Shown here: positions 37,841 to 46,965 of the stretch, piece after piece
Numbering within the stretch: position 1 is the stretch's first letter
Layout of the letters: each line of letters opens with the position of its first letter
Origin: a virus
Virus record (IMG/VR): IMGVR_UViG_3300019776_000961
Coordinates: 64,001 to 128,000 of that record
Length of the DNA: 64,000 nt
Direction: 5' to 3' (one strand)
The notes under the pieces: model-generated
Database searches by the model: none
The model's input: the letters and a program-made list of their open reading frames with translations, nothing else
What the model was told of the DNA's origin: nothing
Program-made: the position numbers and the translations under genes

Positions 37841-40357
37841 TTATGCTACAAGTTCAGTGAAGTTCTGATTTGTTCTAGTTGCGTAGAAGTTCACCAAGAT
37901 GAACTCTGCAGATCTTACTGGCTTGAGGTAGATATCAACTACAAGTGAGTTATCATCAATTACAGCAGGTGTATTATTACGTTCATCACAAATGATGAGG
38001 TAGTCATATAGACCCTGTGTATTCTTAGCGACATCAAAGATCGGTGTAAGAACGTTGATGATGTTTGTTCTTGTGAAGAGTGTGTTTGGCTCGAATACGT
38101 AGTAACGTACTGTCTGCTTAACTTGTGTCTCAAGTGTGAGGAACAAGCGACGTACATTAATACGATCGAATGCACTTGGAAGCTTCTGTGCTGTCTTCTG
38201 ACCGAAGATTACGAAACCTTCGTTCGGGAAATATGCAACAGGGTTGAGTGAGATCGAATAGAGTTGATCGCGTTCCTTTTGATTTGCATAGTAACCGAGA
38301 TCTGTTACGTTGTTTATGACACCGCGTGTGAATCCTGCTGGTGCGTACCAAGGGTAGAAGTTTGAATCTGTATTACCCATTGCTGCAGCCGCAAAGCCAG
38401 AGAACGGAACCCAGACCTGACTATTTGATACTGAGTCATAAACCTGTGCAATATTTGCATATGCGCAAGCATAACTTGTATTGATAGTTGAGAATTGATT
38501 ACGTAGCGGCCAGTAGATGTTCTGTGAGAAACTCTTGTTTGGATCGGCTAGTGTTTTGAGATTGTTACCCTCTACGAAGATATTGGTAATAGGATCTGCA
38601 ATAAAGAGGTGATCTCTACGTGTTGCACTTGCAAATGTAACAAACGGCTGAACTGCAGCAAGATAGTTTGCTACCATTGCAGGTTGTGATCCGATTTGCT
38701 GTGCTGTAAGAGCGTATAGCTGACTGTCGAAAGGTACAGTATCATCAAAATAACCTGATGTTGCAGGATTTAAGGAATTGACGAAAATTGTACCTAGACC
38801 AGCTTCTGTTACAATCGAAAGCGGATAGATATCCGAATTTGAAATGTAGTTAAGCATGTTTGTAACCTTGCCGGGCACGTCGCCAATTACCTTTGTTGAG
38901 AGATTTGTCTGTGCATATACACCAAGCGGCATTAACTTACTTGTAGTACCAAGTGAATTCATTAGACCTGCTACAACACCTGATGGTGCACCGATACGTG
39001 TTTCATACGAACCAGCGACATATTGGAAGTTACCGAAGTCAGCAGAAAGCGATACGTTATATGCAGTAACCGTGGCTATTGCTGTTTTATTAAGAACGGT
39101 GTTAAGACTGATACCGTTAGGATATAAAGCTGAAAGTGTATTTGAGTTAGTAAATACACCAGCAGAAACTGCAGATGTACATGTACCTGTTGTAATACTG
39201 TCAGACTCACCGGTTATTGGAAGATCTTTATCAGAACTTAAGAAACGTACTGTCTTTGTAGGATTACCGGAAAGATCAAGCCATGAAGTACCAACATTAC
39301 GGTTTGAAATATATGGGTTAACGAGTGAGACAATATTTTGTGAAGTATTATCTACATTTTCTAAGAAGAAGCTTACTGGCTGACCACCTGTTGTAACACT
39401 CTGCTGTCTGTAATAGTCAAGTGATGCAACATAACTTTCCTGAAGAACATAATCAAGTGCAATTGTATCAGGTGAGAAGACAGATTGACGTAGCTTAAAG
39501 AGACCTAATGAAATTGTATCATTCCACTTTGGTGTAGATGTTGTGAATGTCGGAATATTTTCGAGTACCTCAGAAACACTGCCAGCTGGTGATGTTGGTG
39601 TTGCAGATAACGGGAAGTTGAGGCGTGCATTCGGTATAGAGATGTATGATGTGCCGTTTGTTGTTGAACCACCAGCATATTGAGCTGTTGCAGTACTGTT
39701 GACTGTGAATACAGCGTTTATATCGTTATAATTGATAGCAGGGTTATGGTTGGTATTATCGATAACACCGAGATACAGACCTTCAAAACGTTGATTAATG
39801 GTGGACTGTGAATTGTTGAGAACGATGAGACCAGCTTGACCGAGCTGTGAAACATCGGTAAATGTTGTAATACCCTGTGTATCGGTCTGCCATGTAAAGG
39901 CATTGCCCGATTGAATAGCGAGGTACTGATTTTGTGAAAGTGTAATATGGGTTGGCTGACCAAAGAAAATTGTACTTGCAGATAGTGCAGTAGCAGAGAG
40001 ACTTGTTGATGTTAGGCCGTTAGTATAAGAAACAACAGGATAAACAAGGGCACTGTACTGATTTGATGTACCAATACCAAGAGCACTGCCATAAGCTAAT
40101 CTAAAAACTTGAATATTTGAATTCGATGTAAAGGCTGCCTTTACAGTATAGTAAAAATATCTTTCTGCAGCATTAGTTGGCTGACCGAAAATTTGTTCAA
40201 ATTCAGAAAGACTACTTACCTGTATAGGTTCAGCAACGGGACCCTTAGGAGCGAAGCCTGGAATAAAAATTGTTGTAGGAGGTGCACCAACTGCTCTTAA
40301 TGAAAGATCAACCTCGTTGATCTGTACACCTGGACTCTGAATTGTACGATTTGCCAT
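37841..40357 (-). CDS. gp18: Tail sheath protein, gp18-like (838 aa)
   Basis: SPGVQINEVDLS, WYAPAGFTRG, ERDQLYSISLNPV, FGQKT, SAFDRINVRRLF, FEPN and IYLKPVRSAEFILVNF. Confidence 0.97.
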   Translation of the reverse strand: MANRTIQSPGVQINEVDLSLRAVGAPPTTIFIPGFAPKGPVAEPIQVSSLSEFEQIFGQPTNAAERYFYYTVKAAFTSNSNIQVFRLAYGSALGIGTSNQYSALVYPVVSYTNGLTSTSLSATALSASTIFFGQPTHITLSQNQYLAIQSGNAFTWQTDTQGITTFTDVSQLGQAGLIVLNNSQSTINQRFEGLYLGVIDNTNHNPAINYNDINAVFTVNSTATAQYAGGSTTNGTSYISIPNARLNFPLSATPTSPAGSVSEVLENIPTFTTSTPKWNDTISLGLFKLRQSVFSPDTIALDYVLQESYVASLDYYRQQSVTTGGQPVSFFLENVDNTSQNIVSLVNPYISNRNVGTSWLDLSGNPTKTVRFLSSDKDLPITGESDSITTGTCTSAVSAGVFTNSNTLSALYPNGISLNTVLNKTAIATVTAYNVSLSADFGNFQYVAGSYETRIGAPSGVVAGLMNSLGTTSKLMPLGVYAQTNLSTKVIGDVPGKVTNMLNYISNSDIYPLSIVTEAGLGTIFVNSLNPATSGYFDDTVPFDSQLYALTAQQIGSQPAMVANYLAAVQPFVTFASATRRDHLFIADPITNIFVEGNNLKTLADPNKSFSQNIYWPLRNQFSTINTSYACAYANIAQVYDSVSNSQVWVPFSGFAAAAMGNTDSNFYPWYAPAGFTRGVINNVTDLGYYANQKERDQLYSISLNPVAYFPNEGFVIFGQKTAQKLPSAFDRINVRRLFLTLETQVKQTVRYYVFEPNTLFTRTNIINVLTPIFDVAKNTQGLYDYLIICDERNNTPAVIDDNSLVVDIYLKPVRSAEFILVNFYATRTNQNFTELVA

Positions 40358-40363
40358 ATAAAG

Positions 40364-40371
40364 TATTTATA
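40364..40371 (-). promoter_or_regulatory. T4 late promoter consensus (tail sheath)
   Basis: TATAAATA, then 6 nt, then ATG at 40357. Confidence 0.8.
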
Positions 40372-40396
40372 TTTTTTTGATTGAACTTTTTAAAGT

Positions 40397-40996
40397 TTAG
40401 AAACTTTCTATATCAGAAGTCACAAGAGACACTAATAATTGCGAGTAGCTATATGTAAAAGATGATTCTATCTCAGTACCGTCCCTGTAACTGTACTCTA
40501 TGCCACCGAGAGACGTAGGAAATGCGTCAGTGTACTTAAATTCTACTACTCTCTTATTGTATTCATCGAGTGCAAAAATAGAAATATTAGTTCTATATTC
40601 GAAGTTTGATGACTTACCTGATGTTATATTATTGGCGTCATAAACACCTGTTTTATCATGATTAAGCAGATTAAGCCAGCTGTAAATAGTCCAATAATTA
40701 TTGAATCTATTATCAACAGTAAAACTTACAGTATTAGGTGCAAAGACGTTACGGGTATGGCTTGAAGCAGCAAGAGTCTGACCAGAATATCTTATATCAA
40801 CAGGAGGTATTTCAATAGACGGCACTATTGCACCGAAAACAGAAAACTTAATACTATCAGGTATGACGGTATTATTGTTACGGTTGAAATTTGATTCATG
40901 GTTTTTGAAACATTTCGGTAGATCAAAAGCCATGAGAAATTTATCTTTTCTCGACTTATTGAATGGACTCTGTGTATAGACTGCAGCGTTTGACAT
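40397..40996 (-). CDS. Tail completion / sheath stabiliser, gp3-like
   Basis: VPSIEIP...VSFTVDNRFNNYWTIYSWL...FKYTDAFPTSLGGIEYS; TAATG overlap with the terL C-half stop. Confidence 0.7.
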   Translation of the reverse strand: MSNAAVYTQSPFNKSRKDKFLMAFDLPKCFKNHESNFNRNNNTVIPDSIKFSVFGAIVPSIEIPPVDIRYSGQTLAASSHTRNVFAPNTVSFTVDNRFNNYWTIYSWLNLLNHDKTGVYDANNITSGKSSNFEYRTNISIFALDEYNKRVVEFKYTDAFPTSLGGIEYSYRDGTEIESSFTYSYSQLLVSLVTSDIESF

Positions 40997-42549
40997 TAGT
41001 ATTGGGAGTTGTTAAAGAATTGCCACCCTTGTGATTCAAGATCCTTAACTTCAGAAAACTCATTTGAGTCATCAGCTGGAAATAAAATCGGCAAGGGCAT
41101 TGATGCATCTCCATTCGATCTTTCGTTAGAGTAAATCGAAGTTGGATTTACAAAATATTTAATGCCATAATCGAGTGGTCTTAACTTTAATGGCTTTTTA
41201 TTATCATCATACTGTTCAATTTCAAAGTATTTTTCAACTATTTCATCATCAAGAATCATAAGAGCCCATATAAGACTCATGACTCTATCATCCCAGTTAC
41301 TTGCACCAGGTCTTGCAGCCCAAGTACCGTTTGGGTATCTAACAAAGTTTTTGAGTTCGTTTAATGTATTTAAATTACGTATCTTCAAGCATTTTAACTC
41401 ATTAACCCAGTATCTCATGTTAGTTACACCTTTATATTTGGTGTTTGTGTGTGCAATAACACCTGGTTTATTAAAGGCTAATTTACCTGCTTTTGCACCA
41501 TAAGAAACAATATTTTCATATTGATGTGTTTGCTTAAGTTGGTCGACAACTTGTGCACCACAGTTATTACGCTCAATTAATGCAAGTGGATTACCCCAGT
41601 GTTGAAGAATCTCGTAAAGTTTTGTAGTGAAATTAATAGGACTAATATTTCTATTATGATACTCAGCTACTTGTTTTATGCTTCTTAAATCGGTTATATC
41701 AAGAATCTGTACTACAGAAGCAGCCTCACCGACACCTTCACTTATATCAACTCCTGCTACATATATTTTTTCTTGATTTGGTTCTTCCCATAAGAGATAG
41801 TGTCCTTCATCAAAAACAAATGTAGGTTCAGCACACTCGGTCTTTAGTTCATCAAAAAGATGTTCATTTACGGCACTTTCACCTGTCTCAAGAAACACGT
41901 TTCCAAACTCTTGATCAAACGCATCCCTACTTCCGAGCTCTCTTATAGTATTCTTCTTCCATTTTTCATCTCTACCAGGGACCTCCCACCAGTCGACCTT
42001 TTCAGCATGCCATCCATTATGTTTCTCCGGATCAGGCTCAAGTGCACCAGTATAAAGTTCGTGAAAGAGGTTTCCGGTGCCGTTAGGTGTTGATGCGACA
42101 AAGATTTTTGATTTTTTAGATGATGAAATAATAGGGTAAACAGATTTCCAGAAATCTTGTACCATATGATTATCAATAAATGCCAACTCATCAAGAATAA
42201 GGCATTGATGACTCAATATATCATTTGCAAAATATCTATGATTATCCTTGACCTCTAGCAGTTCATAGACAGGTTCATTGTTTGTATATACATCAACAGT
42301 GTTAACTTTAATACCTGAAAACAAAACATCACCTTTTTTTATATCCTTTGCGTATACCCACTCGTACGTATTGTTTTTTATAATTTTATGTTTAGAGGTA
42401 CATACTAATTCCTTACCATTCGATAGAGTGAATTTAATTTTATTCTCATTTGTACCTACGATAATACCCTTAAAGTCCTTAAATCCCTCATCAGTCAATA
42501 CTTCGAAGGTATTATTTTTAAAAATTTTATAATTTGTAATATCAGCCAT
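40996..42549 (-). CDS. terL: Terminase large subunit, C-terminal half (Walker B plus RNase H-like nuclease) fused behind a C-intein
   Basis: After intein residues 1-115: CLILDELAFID (Walker B), VASTPNG, FDQEF, YVAGVDISEG and DDRVMS. Confidence 0.93.
   Translation of the reverse strand: MADITNYKIFKNNTFEVLTDEGFKDFKGIIVGTNENKIKFTLSNGKELVCTSKHKIIKNNTYEWVYAKDIKKGDVLFSGIKVNTVDVYTNNEPVYELLEVKDNHRYFANDILSHQCLILDELAFIDNHMVQDFWKSVYPIISSSKKSKIFVASTPNGTGNLFHELYTGALEPDPEKHNGWHAEKVDWWEVPGRDEKWKKNTIRELGSRDAFDQEFGNVFLETGESAVNEHLFDELKTECAEPTFVFDEGHYLLWEEPNQEKIYVAGVDISEGVGEAASVVQILDITDLRSIKQVAEYHNRNISPINFTTKLYEILQHWGNPLALIERNNCGAQVVDQLKQTHQYENIVSYGAKAGKLAFNKPGVIAHTNTKYKGVTNMRYWVNELKCLKIRNLNTLNELKNFVRYPNGTWAARPGASNWDDRVMSLIWALMILDDEIVEKYFEIEQYDDNKKPLKLRPLDYGIKYFVNPTSIYSNERSNGDASMPLPILFPADDSNEFSEVKDLESQGWQFFNNSQY
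42205..42549 (-). mobile_element. C-terminal fragment of a split intein (115 aa) ending His-Gln, with Cys at +1
   Basis: VLTDEGFKDF, block B CTSKH, AKDIKKGD, block F PVYELLEV and block G YFANDILSHQ|C. Codon CAA at 42205-42207 read on the minus strand. Confidence 0.9.
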
Positions 42550-43264
42550 TTTGTTTCTTTATTGCTCTTGTACCTGTGCCGCGGAACCAACCGAGCGGTA
42601 TACATGTACTAGAATTCACACGCTTTATTTCTTTAGTTACTGGATTATGTATATAGATACATCCTATCCCGCTGCGCAGTTTTTTAACTTCATGTGAAGC
42701 ATTAAGCGCTGCATCTGACATCTTTTTTCTTGCATGTTCTGAACGCTTCATCCCTGTGTGGGTAGTAGCGGTTTTACGGATCTTATTCGGATTTTTGTTT
42801 TGTGGATTTACTCTTGAACGTCCACGAAGTGATTCAGATATTTTTTTAGCTCTTTCTTCTGTATATACTTCTTTAAGCATTTTTTGCTTCCATTCGATAT
42901 TCTGCCATTGTTTCTTCTTAAAGGATGAAAAATCTTTACGATGTTGATCCGACCATTCACATCTACCGTACCCACCTTCACGTAAATTATATGTATCTGG
43001 TCTATTAATATACTCTTTAGTTACCAGACGACGCTCTTCTTCAAGAGCTTCAATATAGGTATTAAATTGAGAAAGTATTTCTTTTTTAAACGCGTCTCTA
43101 CCATATTTTTGTATAGCGTGTTTAATAATCTTACCTGAGCCCATGTAACCATCATCCAAATTATCTGTTCTATGTACACCTATATATTCCATTCTAGTTA
43201 CCATATTTGTTAATCGGTAAATATAATTATATGTTCTGTTTATATTAGGATTATTAGGGCCCAT
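42542..43264 (-). mobile_element. Free-standing GIY-YIG homing endonuclease (Seg-like) with NUMOD3-type repeats
   Basis: YIYRLTN...EYIGVH...DDGYMGSG...AIQKYG...FKKEIL and HTGMKRSEHARKKMS. Start MGPNN at 43264; inserted between the terL halves. Confidence 0.92.
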
Positions 43265-43269
43265 ATTAA

Positions 43270-43275
43270 TACTTA
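43270..43275 (-). promoter_or_regulatory. Variant late promoter box for the homing endonuclease
   Basis: TAAGTA, then 5 nt, then ATG at 43264. Confidence 0.55.
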
Positions 43276-43312
43276 TGTATAACAATTAATTCTGGAGGAA
43301 TTTGCATTACTT

Positions 43313-43972
43313 TTATTCATCTACAATTTCTAAAAACATTTCACCGTTATCTTTGAGTATCTCTGTAAGATCGTGCATACTAATTTGAAATTCTAATAAT
43401 GTTTTTTTGTCTCTCAGTGTCACCGTTGTGTTACCACCCACGCAATTACAACTATCACCACGACCAGCATCACTACTTGTAGTGCTAATACCTATACTTG
43501 AACCATTGGCAAGTGACATTGATGTCTTGCCGTATTCTAAAACACCAGGCTTAAGGTAGTTTGGTAGCTTCTCATAAGCCATACGCACACGCTTAAAAAT
43601 ATTAATAGCGGTTTGCTCTTTGTTAGCGACAATTAATATACGCTGATCTTCTTGAAAGCATGCGACCCAAAGTGCATATATCGTCATTAATGTTGTTTTA
43701 CCAATCTGACGTGAAGCTAATAAACATACGAATCTATTGTCTCTTAAGCTTCTTAAAATCTTTTTCTGGAAAGAATGTAATCTAATTTTTATCTTACCTT
43801 CATCAAGGTTTGTAATGAAGAAGAAGTTTTCAGCAAAGTATAAAATGTTTTTTGTACATTTTTTAATGTCTTCAACCCACTCCGGGTTATCAATATAATT
43901 GAATGTCGCGTCCTGTGTAGGGAGTGACTCATTACCCAGATAATAACCTGTTTTCTGCTTTTTAGTAGGCAT
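43313..43972 (-). CDS. terL: Terminase large subunit, N-terminal half (ATPase) fused to an N-intein
   Basis: ILYFAENF, LHSFQ, ASRQIGKTT (Walker A), ANKEQTA and GRGDSCN, then the intein. Confidence 0.93.
   Translation of the reverse strand: MPTKKQKTGYYLGNESLPTQDATFNYIDNPEWVEDIKKCTKNILYFAENFFFITNLDEGKIKIRLHSFQKKILRSLRDNRFVCLLASRQIGKTTLMTIYALWVACFQEDQRILIVANKEQTAINIFKRVRMAYEKLPNYLKPGVLEYGKTSMSLANGSSIGISTTSSDAGRGDSCNCVGGNTTVTLRDKKTLLEFQISMHDLTEILKDNGEMFLEIVDE
43316..43444 (-). mobile_element. Short N-terminal fragment of a split intein (43 aa)
   Basis: Block A CVGGNTTVTL starts at residue 177 (TGC at 43442-43444), followed by ISMHDL; stop after 43 residues. Confidence 0.88.
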
Positions 43973-43991
43973 TTATAATAAATACTTATGC

Positions 43992-44816
43992 ATGAACTTA
44001 ACACGTACAATGAATGAACTCGGTGATTTATATCTCGAGAAGATGACAATTCCTAATGATACCTTTGAAGTACAGACAGAGAAAAAGGTAAAGCTAGCAA
44101 AAGGCGACAAGAAAGCTTTTGTTGGTAAGAAGTCAGGTCCTGAAGATGCTGATGGCTTTAAAAAAGACATCATTGATCCGAAAACAGCAAAAGCTGACAA
44201 TTATTATGAGCCTAAGAAATTCTCACAAAATAATGAAAAAACAGAAACACAGAAGATAAATACTTTTATGAACAAATCTATTTTTGACAGACTTTACGAA
44301 GAGGTAATGCTCGAAAACGACATGCATCTTCCCAATCAAGACGATTCAACAGACGCTGAAGCTCTCGGTCTTCCAGGTGAAGCCGGTGGTGCAGAGGTTG
44401 ATGGAGAAGAGGTAACAATTACACTTTCACGTGATCTCGCAGAAAAGCTTCATGAAGTTCTCATGGGTGTTCTCGAAGCACACGACGATTCAGCAGCAGC
44501 TGATGAAGACCTCGATGTTGAGGGTACAGAAGATGAAGAGTGTGATGAAGATAATCAGACTTTCGGAGAGGCTACAGATATCGAGCCACTTTCAGATGAG
44601 CACGGTAAGAAGCTCATCGCTAAGGGCAGCCAGAAGGTCCCTGGTACAGTAACATCAGAAGTAGATAGCAAAGAAGGTAAGGGCGATACACAGGGTATCG
44701 TTAACGACGGTAAGCCACAGCCTCTTAAGAAGGTAGTAGGTGGCGGTGTTCCATCAAACAAGGTTGCAGGTAATGCAAGTAAGGTTGGTAAGACACTCTT
44801 CGGTGCAGCTAAGTAA
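43992..44816 (+). CDS. Acidic, low-complexity late protein
   Basis: 274 aa with an Asp/Glu-rich centre; TAAATA 7 nt upstream; strong terminator downstream. Confidence 0.8.
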   Translation: MNLTRTMNELGDLYLEKMTIPNDTFEVQTEKKVKLAKGDKKAFVGKKSGPEDADGFKKDIIDPKTAKADNYYEPKKFSQNNEKTETQKINTFMNKSIFDRLYEEVMLENDMHLPNQDDSTDAEALGLPGEAGGAEVDGEEVTITLSRDLAEKLHEVLMGVLEAHDDSAAADEDLDVEGTEDEECDEDNQTFGEATDIEPLSDEHGKKLIAKGSQKVPGTVTSEVDSKEGKGDTQGIVNDGKPQPLKKVVGGGVPSNKVAGNASKVGKTLFGAAK

Positions 44817-44839
44817 GTTCAAAAAATAGATTATAGATT

Positions 44840-44869
44840 AAGGGCCTTCGCAAGAAGGCCCTTTTTTTT
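44840..44869 (+). terminator. Rho-independent terminator
   Basis: AGGGCCTTC-GCAA-GAAGGCCCT (9-bp stem, GNRA loop) followed by a T-run. Confidence 0.93.
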
Positions 44870-44872
44870 GCT

Positions 44873-44878
44873 TAAATA
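44873..44878 (+). promoter_or_regulatory. T4-late-like promoter box
   Basis: TAAATA, then 5 nt, then GTG at 44884; immediately after a terminator. Confidence 0.7.
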
Positions 44879-44883
44879 ATATT

Positions 44884-45222
44884 GTGAATAGCTTTAAAAG
44901 TCATTTTAATCTTAACAATAACAAAGGTGATATAGTCAAAAAGCGTAGACACATGGGATTAGTTCCCGATGTTTCAACACATACAAAAACAGGTGGTAAA
45001 ACAGTACCTGAAATGTGGAAAGCTAAGCACTCTAATCAAAAAGTAAAATCATTACTCAATAATGGTAGCGGTCACTTCACGCTTAATGATGCAGAATTAA
45101 AGCAAATAGAAAAAGAGTTCCCTCCTGTTAAATATGATCCACATCATCCTAAGAAGCTCGGTAATACTGGCATTACGCTTTATTATGATGAAACATCACA
45201 AGCGCCAGCTATAAAGATATAA
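44884..45222 (+). CDS. Late hypothetical protein
   Basis: GTG start 5 nt after TAAATA; 112 aa; immediately upstream of gp14. Confidence 0.7.
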   Translation: MNSFKSHFNLNNNKGDIVKKRRHMGLVPDVSTHTKTGGKTVPEMWKAKHSNQKVKSLLNNGSGHFTLNDAELKQIEKEFPPVKYDPHHPKKLGNTGITLYYDETSQAPAIKI

Positions 45223-45223
45223 T

Positions 45224-45952
45224 ATGGATGTAAAGGATTTCTACACAGGTGGTGGTACTACAGGTATTTACCCGCAGACATTTCAAGATAATGAATGCTT
45301 TAGAATAACAGATAAAGCAAATAACGGCGCCGAGCGCTTGCTTCAATCTAATTACTGGAGAGAGCAAATAAACCTATATGGTCAAAAAGCTAACTATTAT
45401 GTTAATAACACGACATTATCTGGCTCGGATATGCTCTATGGTGAGCATCCAACTCAACGATTTTCACCTCCACAAGCTATAACAGTGGCTCTTAATCTTA
45501 ATGAAAATGCTTTAATGCTTAGTAAATATGGCTTGTTATCAGAAGATGAGGTTACAGCTTTTGTACATATAAGTGCATTTTATGAAACATTTGGACCCGG
45601 TGCAGAGCCAAAATCAGGTGATGTATTTCAATTATCTGAATACGGTAATGATAGACCGGGTGATAGAAACGGTAAAATGTTTGAGATAACAGAACGTCTG
45701 GACGAAGATGCAGCGACTATTAATGTATTAGCTGGTCACTATGTATGGTTAATTAAGGCTAAGCGTTTTGAATACTCCTTTGAGCCAGGTATTCCACAAG
45801 AAGCGGGTAATAATCAAGTTTTTGACGATACACAAAATACAACGGTATCAGGTGCTAATAAACCGTACACAAATAGCGTTGATATAGATTCAAAACAGAT
45901 CTTTGATTATAGTCTTACTGACTATTCAAATGTCTACGGTGGGTACTATTAA
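45224..45952 (+). CDS. gp14: Neck / head-closure protein, T4 gp14-like
   Basis: EQINLYGQKANYY, DMLYGE, SKYGLLSEDEV, EPKSGDV, FEITE and WLIKAKRFEYS. Confidence 0.85.
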   Translation: MDVKDFYTGGGTTGIYPQTFQDNECFRITDKANNGAERLLQSNYWREQINLYGQKANYYVNNTTLSGSDMLYGEHPTQRFSPPQAITVALNLNENALMLSKYGLLSEDEVTAFVHISAFYETFGPGAEPKSGDVFQLSEYGNDRPGDRNGKMFEITERLDEDAATINVLAGHYVWLIKAKRFEYSFEPGIPQEAGNNQVFDDTQNTTVSGANKPYTNSVDIDSKQIFDYSLTDYSNVYGGYY

Positions 45953-46263
45953 TCAGCTCGATTCTTATAAATCGACTCATAATCGGGTAGTTGTTCTTTA
46001 CGGAACTTTGCTATAACAGCATCCGCATCTCTTGTAGATGGAAACTTTATCTGATGTTGTGTCATGTCTGATCTATTGAAGTGGTATACAAACACATCAT
46101 CTTCCTTTGTTATACGTTGAAGCTGATAAATGTGCCCAGCTTCAAATAACAACTCATATGGGGAACGCGATTGACGTGGTGTTGAAGAGCTTATTACCCT
46201 CTGCTGACCAGGTTGTATACCACGATGGTCTACCGTAAAGCTGGTTCCAATAATGTAATGCAT
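45949..46263 (-). CDS. Hypothetical protein
   Basis: 104-aa ORF in a packed minus-strand run. Confidence 0.65.
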   Translation of the reverse strand: MHYIIGTSFTVDHRGIQPGQQRVISSSTPRQSRSPYELLFEAGHIYQLQRITKEDDVFVYHFNRSDMTQHQIKFPSTRDADAVIAKFRKEQLPDYESIYKNRAD

Positions 46264-46523
46264 TTCTTTTGTGGTATGATGTTAAACTCAGCGTATTCTG
46301 TATTGTTTTCAAGATCATTAAGATCTGCCTTCATTGTTTCAAACCTCTCGTCGATATATTTTTGAAATGCTAATGACTTGATCCAATCGATTTCCTTATT
46401 TTGTAGACGGTGACCGAATTGATTCATCTTATTGCTTACGTGCTCAATTGCTTCTAGCAAACAAAGCCAGCGTGTATATTCGTCACTCGTCATGTCAGTG
46501 ACTTTCTTACCATTCGCGAGCAT
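46230..46523 (-). CDS. Hypothetical protein
   Basis: Helical ORF; likely start MLANG at 46523 (alternative at 46493). Confidence 0.6.
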   Translation of the reverse strand: MLANGKKVTDMTSDEYTRWLCLLEAIEHVSNKMNQFGHRLQNKEIDWIKSLAFQKYIDERFETMKADLNDLENNTEYAEFNIIPQKKCITLLEPALR

Positions 46524-46965
46524 TGTTAATTTTCTTGATTGTTTCAATTGCATATCCGAGTATTATGTATGAAATCTCCTCAACGTCAATAACTTTTTTA
46601 TGTTTGTTTAATGCAGACAATAGTTCGACCTGTGAGTCGTAAAGGTTAATAATTGACTTAAAATAAACTGCGTAAAGATTAATAATTTCTTTTTTATAAT
46701 TGTCGTCAATATCTGATTTTTTTATTGACCTTGCAACTACTTCTGAAAGTTGATTGAAGAGGCCTTTAAGAAAGGTTGCTTCAGATGCAACAGGCTTTAG
46801 ACACATTAATCCTTCATCGAACTGTCTAACAGCTTCAAAAGGTAATCTTTGTTTTATAAAATAGATGATACTATCTATATCAGGTTTTACAGGCTTCGAC
46901 AGATTTATCAAACTATCCGCCTGTCCGTCTGTTGTTAACTGTTTAATACTATCAGGTAGATTCAT
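46507..46965 (-). CDS. Hypothetical protein
   Basis: 152-aa helical ORF overlapping its neighbours. Confidence 0.65.
   Translation of the reverse strand: MNLPDSIKQLTTDGQADSLINLSKPVKPDIDSIIYFIKQRLPFEAVRQFDEGLMCLKPVASEATFLKGLFNQLSEVVARSIKKSDIDDNYKKEIINLYAVYFKSIINLYDSQVELLSALNKHKKVIDVEEISYIILGYAIETIKKINNAREW

Noticed and set aside
43265-43290. Possible I-TevI-style translational hairpin upstream of the homing endonuclease
   Set aside because: Only A-U pairs (6 plus 3) with a 2x2 internal loop, and it does not cover the AUG; too weak to claim.
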